Source: a virus. Taken from it: DNA of 64,000 nucleotides. Location of the stretch: positions 68,521-132,520 of the IMG/VR virus record IMGVR_UViG_3300010938_000004. One strand, 5' to 3'. Below the pieces are notes generated by a model. That model made no database searches. It was not told the DNA's origin and saw only the letters and a list, made by a program, of their open reading frames with translations. Positions 48,280 to 57,900 of the stretch are shown piece after piece. The position numbers were made by a program, and so were the translations under genes. How positions within the stretch are numbered: the stretch's first letter is position 1; every line of letters starts with the position of its first letter.

Positions 48280-48509
48280 TTGGCCCAGCGGGTTGGGTCC
48301 AATGGCGACGTGTCGTTTTGCACTAGAACCTTCTCGCAGATCGAGGTTCGGTCTTCCTCGAAGAATCCGCGGCCCATCACGCCAGTGAGGCGCGTTGAGA
48401 ACCAGTACCTGAACTCATTCATGTCTATGAGCATGCTCAGGCATCATACCAATTCGCGAACCTACGATCCACTTGATAATGGACGGGCTGCTCATGTACG
48501 ATCTTGCCC

Positions 48510-51095
48510 GTGCCAGAAAATGTCTACCTTTTCGGACAGGAGTTCCAGCGCGGAGTCCTGTCTCTGATGCTGCGAGATGAAGCCTTCTTCTCTAAGTGTG
48601 TAACCTACCTTAGGCCTCAGTGCTTTTCGGCTCCTCGCGATTGGTTTTTCTCGCAGATGCAAGACTTGTACGTGTCGTACGGCCGCCGGCTGACCGCAAG
48701 TAGTATGCAGGTGGTCCTGGGGACGGTCCAGGGTAAAGAGCTGCCGGCCTACACGGCTGAGCTTGAGTCCATCCTCAAGGCCGATCCGGTGAAGGAGATG
48801 ATCGTAGATAAGGTGTCTTCCTTTGTGAAGGCGTCTTACCTGCGAGAGGTGGCCCTGGACATCCGGGCGCACCACAACAACAACCGCATTGACGAGGGCG
48901 TCAGGGCAGCACTAGAAGCTCTGAAGCGGGCCAATGAGGTCGTTTTCGGAGACAGCGGGACCACTAAGTTCGGCGACGCCGAGGCGTTTGCCGACCGTAT
49001 GGCGGCCCAGGCGGCTCAGGCCGTCCCGACAGGGATTTGGCCTATAGATGTGGCACTCGGCGGAGGTATGAAACCCCAGACCTGGACGACTTTCATTGGG
49101 GCATCTAACGCCGGAAAATGTCTATCGGCTGACACTTTAATTCATACAGAGTTGGGACTGATTCCGATTTCAGATGTTCGTTCGCTTAAACCCAGCAGGG
49201 TCGTTGGTATTGACGGCAAAAAGCAGATCCTGGCCTTTTATGAAAATGGTACTAAGCCGCTATATCGAATTACTTTTGAATGCGGATTATCGATCGATTC
49301 CAGCTTGGATCATATTCATGGCATCGCCACATCTAAAGGCCTTGAAGAGATCAAAACTGCGGATCTGAAGCCTGGCATGTTTGGAGTTTTACCTGCCGGT
49401 ACGTGGTTGGGCGATAAGCCAGTGCCTGAAAACATTGCTTGGTTGCTGGGCTTTACGCTGGGCGACGGGTCTTATTCCAGGTGCCCCCGAGGACTTCGTA
49501 ATTTAAACTGGACGGCAGAGATTGGCAGTCCAGTTTACGATAAATTGCGGACTACACTGAGCGCGCTCGGGCTGGCTAAGCCGCGAGAGCATACCCGCGG
49601 CCGGACCAAGGCGGTATGGGGAACCTCTGCCATAGCCGATCAGTTGGAAGCTTATGGTTTGAGGGCGGGCACCAAGCAAGACAAGTTTATTTTGAACATC
49701 ATGAGTTGGGATCGCTCAGCGGCCAAGGCATACATTGCTGGCCTCTTAGATGCTGATGGCACCGTTAGTAAGCGCGGGCAGATCGTCCTAACTCTTAATA
49801 ATTATCAAGTGCTCAAGCAGCTTCAGCAGGTATTTTTCCGTATGGGTTATTTTTCCAATCTTCGCGCCTACAAGAAGAAGGTCGCCTTAAAGAACAAGAC
49901 CATCAATAACTATCAAGTGTGGAGCTTATTTTTTTCTGCGGCATCCAGCTTGAAAGCCCGACAAGAGTTGGGCCTTCAGGATAAGTGGAAAGATGGACGG
50001 CTATACGCTTCCGCCCCCAGGGGAGGGCGTCAAGTGGTGGTGACTGAGGAGATCCGCAGGGCCCTATTGTCTCATGGGATTGGATATTTTAGTGGATCAA
50101 AGGCGCAGACCGTGCTGTCTTCCACCCTAGACCGCCTGCGTATCCCCTACGACGATCGATATTGGCCAGTAAAGATCGTCTCGATAGAGCCATCTGGAGA
50201 GGGCCCGACCTATGATCTTTCGGTCGATGGAGATCATTTGTTTGTGGCCAATGGGCTACTAACCCATAACAGTATGCTGTCCAGCAACTTTGCCTACTTT
50301 GCGGCCATGGCCGGCAAGAAGACCTTGGTAACTATCCACGAAGATGAAGAGGAAACCAAAGCCAGGTTTATCTCTCGCTTTAGCGGTGTCCCAACCCGGA
50401 AGTATCTGATGGGCGCTCAGTTTTGGACCAAGCAGGAGCGCGATGCCATCATGCATGCTGACCAGGTGTTGTCCAAGCATGTGGAGTTGCGCTTCATGTC
50501 GGGCGAGGAGAACACGATTGAAAATGTGAAGGAGTTCGTTCGTCGCCATCATGCGGCACGCGGTATCGATCTTTACGTGTGCGACTATGGTCAGTGTTTG
50601 TATTCTAACCGAGTGAAGAGCATTGAGAATTCCTATAAAATCCAAGAGATCGTCTACTGGGAGCTGAAGCAGCTTTGCAATGAGCTAAACATCGCAGGCG
50701 TGGGTGGAGCACAATCGAATCGTGAGGCAGCAAAGAAGAACCGCGCTGGCGGCGTGTGGTTAAAGCCAGAGGACGTGTCTGACTCTTACTCTGTGGTTAG
50801 AAAGAGCAGCAACATCATCACTCTGAACCGTTCTGAACAGGCAGAGCAGCGCGATGAGGTCTACTTCCATCTGTGTAAGGCCCGCGGTGGGGTCAAGGGT
50901 ATCACCGTGTGCTGTGAGAGCGACTACTCTCGCGCCATCACCCATATGGCTGACGAGGTGGACGAACACGGAGCATTGTTGGTCCAGCGCCAAAGGATAG
51001 TTGACCGCGGCGGCCTAAAGAAGGAAGATTTGCCAGTTCAGATCGGAGTGGGGAAAAGCGAAAGCGAAGGAGATGAGGGTGGGACTCAGGAATAG
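48510..51095 (+). CDS. dnaB: Replicative DnaB-family helicase with intein
   Basis: PTGI..ID..LGGG, GASNAGK|S, DY, QSNR, KARGG; TTGATA-N18-TACGAT then GTG 48510. Confidence 0.9.
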   Translation: MPENVYLFGQEFQRGVLSLMLRDEAFFSKCVTYLRPQCFSAPRDWFFSQMQDLYVSYGRRLTASSMQVVLGTVQGKELPAYTAELESILKADPVKEMIVDKVSSFVKASYLREVALDIRAHHNNNRIDEGVRAALEALKRANEVVFGDSGTTKFGDAEAFADRMAAQAAQAVPTGIWPIDVALGGGMKPQTWTTFIGASNAGKCLSADTLIHTELGLIPISDVRSLKPSRVVGIDGKKQILAFYENGTKPLYRITFECGLSIDSSLDHIHGIATSKGLEEIKTADLKPGMFGVLPAGTWLGDKPVPENIAWLLGFTLGDGSYSRCPRGLRNLNWTAEIGSPVYDKLRTTLSALGLAKPREHTRGRTKAVWGTSAIADQLEAYGLRAGTKQDKFILNIMSWDRSAAKAYIAGLLDADGTVSKRGQIVLTLNNYQVLKQLQQVFFRMGYFSNLRAYKKKVALKNKTINNYQVWSLFFSAASSLKARQELGLQDKWKDGRLYASAPRGGRQVVVTEEIRRALLSHGIGYFSGSKAQTVLSSTLDRLRIPYDDRYWPVKIVSIEPSGEGPTYDLSVDGDHLFVANGLLTHNSMLSSNFAYFAAMAGKKTLVTIHEDEEETKARFISRFSGVPTRKYLMGAQFWTKQERDAIMHADQVLSKHVELRFMSGEENTIENVKEFVRRHHAARGIDLYVCDYGQCLYSNRVKSIENSYKIQEIVYWELKQLCNELNIAGVGGAQSNREAAKKNRAGGVWLKPEDVSDSYSVVRKSSNIITLNRSEQAEQRDEVYFHLCKARGGVKGITVCCESDYSRAITHMADEVDEHGALLVQRQRIVDRGGLKKEDLPVQIGVGKSESEGDEGGTQE
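49119..50270 (+). mobile_element. Intein with LAGLIDADG homing endonuclease (384 aa) in DnaB P-loop
   Basis: AGK|CLSADT...LLGFTLGDG...IAGLLDADG...TYDLSV...THN|S. Confidence 0.95.
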
Positions 51096-51678
51096 AGAGA
51101 TCGAGATCAAGATGGTTGTGACCTCTGCGGATGGCTCCTATGCGAAGCTGACTCGGCGTGAGCGCATTAAGATGTTCGAGAGCATGAAGAAGCTCCTTCC
51201 CTGCAGCTTCGGCCGAACTGTGGGCTTTGCATGTGATAATTACTTTCACCCCCCGAAAGGCGCTAGGGCTGATTTTTGTCGCATCAGACAGATGGGCAGA
51301 GGTCGCGCTCAGTTCACCATCAAGTACAAGGATCGTGGGTCGAACTTCAATCGCGTAGAGAAGGACCTGGAGCTATCTAGCTCTCAGGTGGGGCAGATGG
51401 CGTCCATGCTGTCGGATCTGTGCGGCTCTTCTGCCAAGGTGCTCTGGAAGCAGTATTACGTTGCGTACTATTCGGGCAGCAAGCACAACACGCTGAGCCT
51501 TTATTGGCTGCCGGACGATAAGGAGGATCGCACCTTCATAGAGATCGAGGGCCTCACGGCTAAGGCTGTGAGCAAGGTCAAGACTATCTTGGCTCAATTT
51601 CTCAAGAAACAGGGCCTCAGATGGATCAGAGAGCGCCGATCTCTGTTTGAGATCTTCGTTAGGGATGGGGGCAAATGA
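51073..51678 (+). CDS. CYTH/triphosphate-tunnel domain protein
   Basis: EIEIK, DNYF, RIR, TIK, R.E, FIEIEG. Confidence 0.8.
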   Translation: MRVGLRNREIEIKMVVTSADGSYAKLTRRERIKMFESMKKLLPCSFGRTVGFACDNYFHPPKGARADFCRIRQMGRGRAQFTIKYKDRGSNFNRVEKDLELSSSQVGQMASMLSDLCGSSAKVLWKQYYVAYYSGSKHNTLSLYWLPDDKEDRTFIEIEGLTAKAVSKVKTILAQFLKKQGLRWIRERRSLFEIFVRDGGK

Positions 51679-52178
51679 TGGAGGTGTTGCTTTTTCTTTT
51701 GACACTGCTCTTTTTCAACGTCTTGGTGCTTCATTTCCGCGAACCCTCTGCCGGCCCCACGGAGATTAAGTTCAAAAAGATGGACCCAGTGGCGGTGCTT
51801 CCTTCTCGTGCGTACCCGGGCGATGCGGGCCTCGATCTGACTGCGGTGTCGGTCAGCATAGATGAGGATAAAGTCACGTATGACTTCGGCTTGGCGGTTG
51901 AGATCCCCGCCGGCTATGTGGGTTTAATCTTCCCGAGAAGCTCCATCAAGTATATGGACTTGGCCATGACTAATTGTGTCGGAGTGATAGACTCTGGCTG
52001 CCGCGAGCCCCTCAGTGCCACCTTCCGCATTCTTAAAGATTTTCCCCAGATTTACTCAGCTGGCGCCAGAATCGCGCAGCTGGTCGTAATGCCAGTGTCC
52101 TTGCTCAAGCCTCAGTGGGCTGATACGCTGTCTGACACAGCCAGAGCCGGCGGCGGTTTCGGGTCTAGCGGCAGATGA
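51675..52178 (+). CDS. dut: Trimeric dUTPase with N-terminal hydrophobic helix
   Basis: AGLDL, PRSS, GVIDSG, RIAQL, R.GGGFGSSG. Confidence 0.92.
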   Translation: MMEVLLFLLTLLFFNVLVLHFREPSAGPTEIKFKKMDPVAVLPSRAYPGDAGLDLTAVSVSIDEDKVTYDFGLAVEIPAGYVGLIFPRSSIKYMDLAMTNCVGVIDSGCREPLSATFRILKDFPQIYSAGARIAQLVVMPVSLLKPQWADTLSDTARAGGGFGSSGR

Positions 52179-54307
52179 GGACTATCAGCGTAAAAGCAGA
52201 GAACTTTCGTTCTTACGAGAGTCTGGAGCGAAAGTTTCCCAATCGAGGCCTCATCCTGGTCGAAGGAATAAATCTGGACTCAGGGGGTGGCAGTAACGGG
52301 AGCGGGAAGACTGCATTCCTGGATGCCGAGTTCTGGGCCATCTATGGGTATCTTCCAGCTTGGGGCAGTCTGCGCGGCGGTTCAGTAGATAGCGTGGTGC
52401 GGATCGGGCAGTCTTCTTGTCAGGTGGTTGTGGAGCGGGAGTGGGCCGGCAAGCATGTCAAGATTTCTCGCAGTAGACCCAGCAAGCTTGCAGTGTGGGT
52501 AGACGGCAAGCCTCTGCATGGCAAGTCGGATGATTTACAGAAGCAGATAGAGCAGATGTTTGGCCCAGCAGAGCGAGCGCTGCTCTCTTCTTATGTGGCT
52601 CAAGATCGAGGTCGCTCTTTCCTGTCTATCTCTGATGCTGAGCGTACTCAAGTGTTGTCGTCCTTTGCTGGAGTTGAGGCCATGGATGCTGCTCTGGAGA
52701 AGGCCAAGCAGGAGCGTCTGGAAGTCAAGAGAGCCATAGACGAGGCGAATAGCAGAGTGTCGGCCCAGGAGCAGTTAGCCGCATCTTTAGCCTCTTACCT
52801 CACTAAGGCCGAGGCCGCTTTAGCTGATAAGACCAAGGCATTCGAGCAGGCAGAGCGTTACCTGGAAGATGCGCGCGCGGGCGCCGCCGAAGCGACCCGG
52901 ACCTTAGAAGTGGAAGAGAAGGCCGCTCTGGATGCGGCATTAGAGAGCCTGCACCAGCGGTATGGCGCATTGCAGCAGAAGTCTGAGTCGGAACTGGCTG
53001 CGGCGGAGGCCAAGTTAGGGGTTTCCAGCAAGAGGTTGCACGAGGCCAAGGCCGCCCTGTCCCTTGCGCGCGCCACTGGCCAGCAGAAGGCACCTGAGGA
53101 GTGGTCCGGTAGGTTGACCGCTCTCAGGGCGCGCAAAGACAAGGGGCTTAAGGCCATAGAGGCTGCCAGGGCGCTGCGCAACAGCGTCGCGATCGACCGC
53201 GCTGCCATCGAAGCGATGTCTCGTGAAATGGACGCCATCGCTTCCGGCCGGTGTCCTAAGTGCCAGTATGTCAACGACCAACTGGAGGCCCGCCAGGCAT
53301 CCTTAGCAGAGCGAATCGAAGAGAGGGCCTCCAAGCTTGAGGCGTCAGAGCAGCAATTGAAGGGCCTTCCTTCTGAGTCAGAGGTAGCCGCGGACCTCGC
53401 TAAGGTTGAGGCTGATATCGCGAGTCTTAGCCGGGAGATCCTTGAGTGCGAGGTCAAGGCCAGCAGCGCCCTGCGATTGGCAGAAAGCGAAGCATTGAGC
53501 GCTGAGTCAGATGCTGGATCATGCGTGCGTCAGCTTGAAGCTGCGCGCCAGTCTTTGGAGTCTGTAGACCGCAACCGGCGCTCTGAGAGTGCGACTAAGG
53601 TATCCGAAATCAAGGCTCAGTTTCATCGCCGGAGAGAGCTGGCCAAGGACCTTTTGCGCAAGGCTGAGCGTGATGCTGAGGCGTCCGCTCTTGCGCTTTC
53701 CGCAGCGGCAGATGAGGTCGAAGTCAGACGCAAGGAGCTTGAAGTCGTGGAGTTGAGCCTAGTCGCCCTGAGGGATACGGTATCTGGCGAGCTGGCGCAT
53801 AAGTTGGATCTGGCGGAGGACATGGTGGAGTTCTTTGGTCCTGCTGGCTATCGCTCTGTTATATACGACGGATTGGTCGCGCGGCTGTCAGAGCTTGCGG
53901 ACTCCTTCATGAAGGAATTCACAGAGGGCGCTTATGGCACTTACCTAGAGCAGGTGGGTCAGACCGCCGCCGGGGCCACAAAACTTGTGCTGCGTCCGGT
54001 TGTGACGCGCTCTGGAGAGAAGATAGATCCAGACCTTCTGTCCGGCGGGTTTCGTCGCCGGCTTACTCTGAGTTATGACCTCGCTGTGTGCTCGGTGAGC
54101 GAGCAGGGGGCGCCCATGATCTTAGACGAGGGCCTGGATGGGGTCGATGCGCAGGGCAAGCTTAGCATCTTGCCGGTTTTGGAGAAGATCGCCGCGGATC
54201 GCTTGGTCTTACTGGTAGACCATACCTCTGAGCTGAAGTCTGCGATTCCTACTCGCTGGGTGGCGACAATGAAGAGTGGAATCTCTACCCTGTCGGAGGA
54301 GTCATGA
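52175..54307 (+). CDS. Rad50/SbcC/gp46-like SMC ATPase
   Basis: ENFRSY, NGSGKT, CPKC hook, LSGG, ILDE, VDH. Confidence 0.93.
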   Translation: MRTISVKAENFRSYESLERKFPNRGLILVEGINLDSGGGSNGSGKTAFLDAEFWAIYGYLPAWGSLRGGSVDSVVRIGQSSCQVVVEREWAGKHVKISRSRPSKLAVWVDGKPLHGKSDDLQKQIEQMFGPAERALLSSYVAQDRGRSFLSISDAERTQVLSSFAGVEAMDAALEKAKQERLEVKRAIDEANSRVSAQEQLAASLASYLTKAEAALADKTKAFEQAERYLEDARAGAAEATRTLEVEEKAALDAALESLHQRYGALQQKSESELAAAEAKLGVSSKRLHEAKAALSLARATGQQKAPEEWSGRLTALRARKDKGLKAIEAARALRNSVAIDRAAIEAMSREMDAIASGRCPKCQYVNDQLEARQASLAERIEERASKLEASEQQLKGLPSESEVAADLAKVEADIASLSREILECEVKASSALRLAESEALSAESDAGSCVRQLEAARQSLESVDRNRRSESATKVSEIKAQFHRRRELAKDLLRKAERDAEASALALSAAADEVEVRRKELEVVELSLVALRDTVSGELAHKLDLAEDMVEFFGPAGYRSVIYDGLVARLSELADSFMKEFTEGAYGTYLEQVGQTAAGATKLVLRPVVTRSGEKIDPDLLSGGFRRRLTLSYDLAVCSVSEQGAPMILDEGLDGVDAQGKLSILPVLEKIAADRLVLLVDHTSELKSAIPTRWVATMKSGISTLSEES

Positions 54308-54619
54308 ACAAGCACTTAGTGAGGGTGTATCAAGAGATCCGAAGGCTGGACCACAACATCAAGAACAGCTCTTCGGCCTATAGAGCAGCCGTAGTGATGC
54401 TGTCTATGGCTGGGGGAAAGTTCCGCACTTACCGCGGGGCCGCTCGATACACAGGCTATACTCGCGGCGAGTGTCGGAGGCTTTGTCCAGCTTGAAGAAA
54501 GGCGGGGTCATCACCAGGGATAATCAGCTTCTGGTGCGAGGATTGGTTTAGCGGCGAGGCCGGTGTGGTTGCCTTCTGGTTGGATGTGTGTAGCAGAGGG
54601 GCTAATGGTGCGTTCATGA
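54304..54619 (+). pseudogene. Small gene apparently broken by several indels
   Basis: Pieces MNKH..ECRR / LKKGGVITRDNQL / CEDWFSGEAGVVAFWLDVC / VAEGLMVRS lie in alternating frames. Confidence 0.4.
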
Positions 54620-54786
54620 AGAAGCTCCACCATTGGAGTTGGCGATCCGGTCATTATTTGCTGACGTGTGGCAGGCGTGACGGGCTAATTGACCGACGGG
54701 TTCGGACGGTCAATTGTAAGGACTGCTTGAAAGTTACCAACCTTAGAGGCTGGAAGATTGTACAAGGAGAGAAAATTGTTCATTGA
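54616..54786 (+). CDS. Small Zn-finger-like protein
   Basis: H...CG...VNCKDC. Confidence 0.5.
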   Translation: MKKLHHWSWRSGHYLLTCGRRDGLIDRRVRTVNCKDCLKVTNLRGWKIVQGEKIVH

Positions 54787-55003
54787 TGAATCAACAAGTG
54801 CGACGCAGTCGCCGAGGAATATGTTGCTGGCCAAGTTACTGGAGTACCAAGACGTGGCCGGTGAAGACCCTGAGACAAATAAGAAGCTGCTCGCATTGGC
54901 CCTCGCGTTCTCGGCTTTTATCCCCAAGATGGAGGATGCTATTGTGGGTAAGGCTTCCGCGCAGGACGCGTACCGCGCCGCCGTGGCGCTTCTGGAGGGT
55001 TGA
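54758..55003 (+). CDS. Hypothetical protein
   Basis: ORF; start uncertain. Confidence 0.5.
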   Translation: MYKERKLFIDESTSATQSPRNMLLAKLLEYQDVAGEDPETNKKLLALALAFSAFIPKMEDAIVGKASAQDAYRAAVALLEG

Positions 55004-55239
55004 TGGCATCCTTTCTTGTCTACGTGCCGTTCTTGGATCGAACATTCCAGAGGGTGGCGGACGATCATCAAGCGGCGGCCCAATCGGTAGCATACGAGAT
55101 CAAAGACGATAGCGAGTACACACTTACCACCTACACGGACGACCGGAGGATTTATCCAAACAAGGCTGCCTTTGTCGCCCGCAAGAAAGGCGAGGAGTAC
55201 AAGGTGGAGCCTATTGCATCTGCCAAGACTACTAAGTAG
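55000..55239 (+). CDS. Hypothetical protein
   Basis: SD GGAGG, coupled. Confidence 0.6.
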   Translation: MMASFLVYVPFLDRTFQRVADDHQAAAQSVAYEIKDDSEYTLTTYTDDRRIYPNKAAFVARKKGEEYKVEPIASAKTTK

Positions 55240-55242
55240 TCT

Positions 55243-55277
55243 GTATTTTCCGTTTAGAGTATTTTCCGTTTAGAGTA
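55243..55277. repeat. 16-bp direct duplication GTATTTTCCGTTTAGA x2
   Basis: Read directly; upstream of tmk. Confidence 0.9.
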
Positions 55278-55295
55278 GAAACCAAAGGAGATGAC

Positions 55296-56054
55296 ATGAT
55301 CGTTAAAAAAGGCGTGGGCAAGGACCCTCGCACCGAGAATCTACCCTTAGTGATCGAAGTGGAGGGCGTCGACGGAGTCGGCAAAACCACGGCATTCAAA
55401 TACATCAAGGAGAAGTTGGCGGAGAAGTTTCTCTTGACCACTTTTCGCGAGAACGGCAATGAGCTGGTACCAGAGTGCCTGAAGCTCCGTCAGATAGTTC
55501 TCGACCCCGAGTCGAACTTGTCCAACACGGCGATGGAGATGCTTTTCTCGGCCATGCGGGTCGAGAACAAGGCCTACCTGAAAGGCTACGCCGAGCGTTG
55601 TGAACAACTGCGCAGCGATAAGCAAGCCTCGGCCTTGGTGGATCGGGGCTGGTTGTCGCATTTGGCGTACACGGATCATAACGTGTCGAAGGAGTTCTCG
55701 GAGCAGTTTTATGGGTTTTACATCAAGAGCCTCACCTACGTCCCGAACTACGTTATCTACTTGGAGGCGCCTCGCGAGGTGACCCTGGCGCGCCGTGCGG
55801 ATCGCGGCCTGCCGGCGGACAAGATCGAGGCCAAGGGCGATGAGTTTCAGGGACGAGTGAAGTCGTCCTTCGAGCAGTACATCGAGGACCCCACCAACTA
55901 TGCGAACCTACTGTTCCGAGTGGACGCTTCTGGCACGAAAGAGTCGGTGGCGCATCAGTTGGACCAGGCGGTGGACGCCATTCTGGCCGACCTCGGCCTA
56001 TTGCAGGGACGCACCGAGGATACGGTCGAGATCTTATCTGGCACTAAAGAGTAG
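55296..56054 (+). CDS. tmk: Thymidylate kinase
   Basis: EGVDGVGKTT, FRE, LFSAMR, DR...S..AY, DKIE. Confidence 0.9.
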   Translation: MIVKKGVGKDPRTENLPLVIEVEGVDGVGKTTAFKYIKEKLAEKFLLTTFRENGNELVPECLKLRQIVLDPESNLSNTAMEMLFSAMRVENKAYLKGYAERCEQLRSDKQASALVDRGWLSHLAYTDHNVSKEFSEQFYGFYIKSLTYVPNYVIYLEAPREVTLARRADRGLPADKIEAKGDEFQGRVKSSFEQYIEDPTNYANLLFRVDASGTKESVAHQLDQAVDAILADLGLLQGRTEDTVEILSGTKE

Positions 56055-56067
56055 TGTATTCAGAATG

Positions 56068-56100
56068 TTACGACCCAAGACCAAACGTCTTGGGTCGTAA
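56068..56100. repeat. Perfect 14-bp inverted repeat
   Basis: TTACGACCCAAGAC-CAAAC-GTCTTGGGTCGTAA. Confidence 0.9.
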
Positions 56101-56142
56101 TGTCGTGGCGGCTAGCGTCGTCTCCATGGTAAGATCTGGGCC

Positions 56143-56898
56143 ATGGACCCGCAGGTGCAAGAGGGGCTGATACGGCTTCTCTCCCTTCTGGGAGAAGACG
56201 AGCTTGAGTTCGTAGCCGAGGTAGACCCCACTCTCTACATGGAGATCGTGGAGGTCAGTCAGATCCTCACCTCTGCACAGCAGCCAATCCCGGACAAGAT
56301 GGCAGAAGACCTCATGCAGATCGAGGATAAGAAACAGCGCTTCTTGGCCGCGGTTGAGGCTTTTAAGGTTAGAGACTCCGGGCAGTTGCCGGTTTTGGCC
56401 GAAGCCATGCGAGCGCAGGGTCTGCTCAAGACAGCCAAAGACTACCTTCAGCGCGCAGTAGAAGGAGTAGCACTCATCGCGCCAGTGACAGTTAATGGCA
56501 AAACGCTGCGCTTCTGTGGAATCGACAGCCACGTGACGCTTAGGGTGTTCCAGGACATGACGCCAGAAGCGGTGGTAGAGCTGGTTGGTAAGTTCGATTT
56601 GCCCTCACATGCTCAGCACGACTGGAATGCGCGACCATCGTCACTGGTGTCTAAGCTCGGTAACTTCTATCACATCCTCAGTCTCACTGCGCCAGAGCCA
56701 TGGCGCGCGCTAGTGGAAGACCCAGAGATCCAGAAGCTGCCCGGCGGCTACCCCGCTTTTAAGCCTCACGTCACCATTACTTATGAGGACCTGGCCGCGG
56801 CCGGCGATCGTCCGCTGGTGCAGGTCGGCGCCTTGGAGATACGCAAGGGCCTGGACCCAATCTACCGACTCGGGCCCGCTGGCTGGGTGAAGCTGTGA
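56143..56898 (+). CDS. N-terminal helical domain + 2H phosphoesterase (Acb1/T4 57B-like)
   Basis: SHVTL and FKPHVTI HxT motifs. Confidence 0.7.
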   Translation: MDPQVQEGLIRLLSLLGEDELEFVAEVDPTLYMEIVEVSQILTSAQQPIPDKMAEDLMQIEDKKQRFLAAVEAFKVRDSGQLPVLAEAMRAQGLLKTAKDYLQRAVEGVALIAPVTVNGKTLRFCGIDSHVTLRVFQDMTPEAVVELVGKFDLPSHAQHDWNARPSSLVSKLGNFYHILSLTAPEPWRALVEDPEIQKLPGGYPAFKPHVTITYEDLAAAGDRPLVQVGALEIRKGLDPIYRLGPAGWVKL

Positions 56899-57182
56899 GG
56901 TTCACAACTCAGGATTTCAAGGATTGGTCGATAATGGTGGAGGGGGGCGCATCACGCGTTGATGCAAGTGTCCGTATTTTAAAGATCAAAGAGCCAGAGT
57001 TGCAGCCTCGGCTGGCGGGCGCCTACGATCGGGCTATGCAGTTCTACAGAACCTCTTCCGGCTCCTTCTACGATAACAGCCTCGCCATGCGATGCTGGGT
57101 CAGGGCGTTAGCGCCAGACCGAGAGGTTACATTTGAGTCTGAGGATGCGACGCGGTTCTATGTGTGGGAGGGGCAAGAATGA
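56895..57182 (+). CDS. Hypothetical protein
   Basis: GTGA-coupled. Confidence 0.6.
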   Translation: MRFTTQDFKDWSIMVEGGASRVDASVRILKIKEPELQPRLAGAYDRAMQFYRTSSGSFYDNSLAMRCWVRALAPDREVTFESEDATRFYVWEGQE

Positions 57183-57589
57183 AGCTTTGGACCGTTTTGG
57201 CCTCCGCCCCGAGCGCGCTCTCCCATCCTTCGGTGCGTCGCTTTTTGAGAGCCTCTCGGGTGGTGGTCGCCTACACCTCATGGGGCTTTGGGTTCTTGGC
57301 ATTCGGGCTGTCTCTTCACTTGTGGTACACAAACGAGGGACTGCGAGAACAGAACCAAGAGCTGAAGCTGGAGCTTCAGAATGCGACAATTCTTTATCGC
57401 ATCGACCGGGCCAACCTAGACAAGGTGATTCAAGATAACAATGTAATTTTACAGAAGTTTCAGTCTGATTCTTTGGAGCGACACAACTATATAAAGAGCG
57501 ACATCAGCAGCTTGTCGGATACTCTCTTGAACACCACGGAGCGCGTGAGAGCGATAGAGGAGCGCCTGGACCGCCGCAGGGCGCGCTGA
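57179..57589 (+). CDS. Membrane-anchored coiled-coil protein
   Basis: TM helix followed by heptads. Confidence 0.6.
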   Translation: MKLWTVLASAPSALSHPSVRRFLRASRVVVAYTSWGFGFLAFGLSLHLWYTNEGLREQNQELKLELQNATILYRIDRANLDKVIQDNNVILQKFQSDSLERHNYIKSDISSLSDTLLNTTERVRAIEERLDRRRAR

Positions 57590-57624
57590 GCAGCAGCTTG
57601 CCGGCCGGGTGGTATGATCTAGGC

Positions 57625-57900
57625 ATGGCCAGCCCGCTCCAGCTAGTTTCCAAACTGTGGTCTAAGGCCCGGTATTTTAACGACCCGAACACGGGTGGTC
57701 AGTCTGTCACTGTCACCATGGGTATGGTGACTTTCGTCATGATGGTGATCAACGGCTGGCTTGTGGCCTTCAAGCTGGTGGAGACAAATGAGTTTCTTGA
57801 GCCGTTCATGGTGACCGCGGGTCTATACTTCTCGCGGCGCAACCTGAATCTGACCACTAGGAGCGGAGCCACCGTGGGGGCGTCCGAGGAGAAGCAATGA
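57625..57900 (+). CDS. Putative holin-like 2-TM protein
   Basis: SVTVT..TM, TM..YFSRR; late-type promoter. Confidence 0.5.
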   Translation: MASPLQLVSKLWSKARYFNDPNTGGQSVTVTMGMVTFVMMVINGWLVAFKLVETNEFLEPFMVTAGLYFSRRNLNLTTRSGATVGASEEKQ

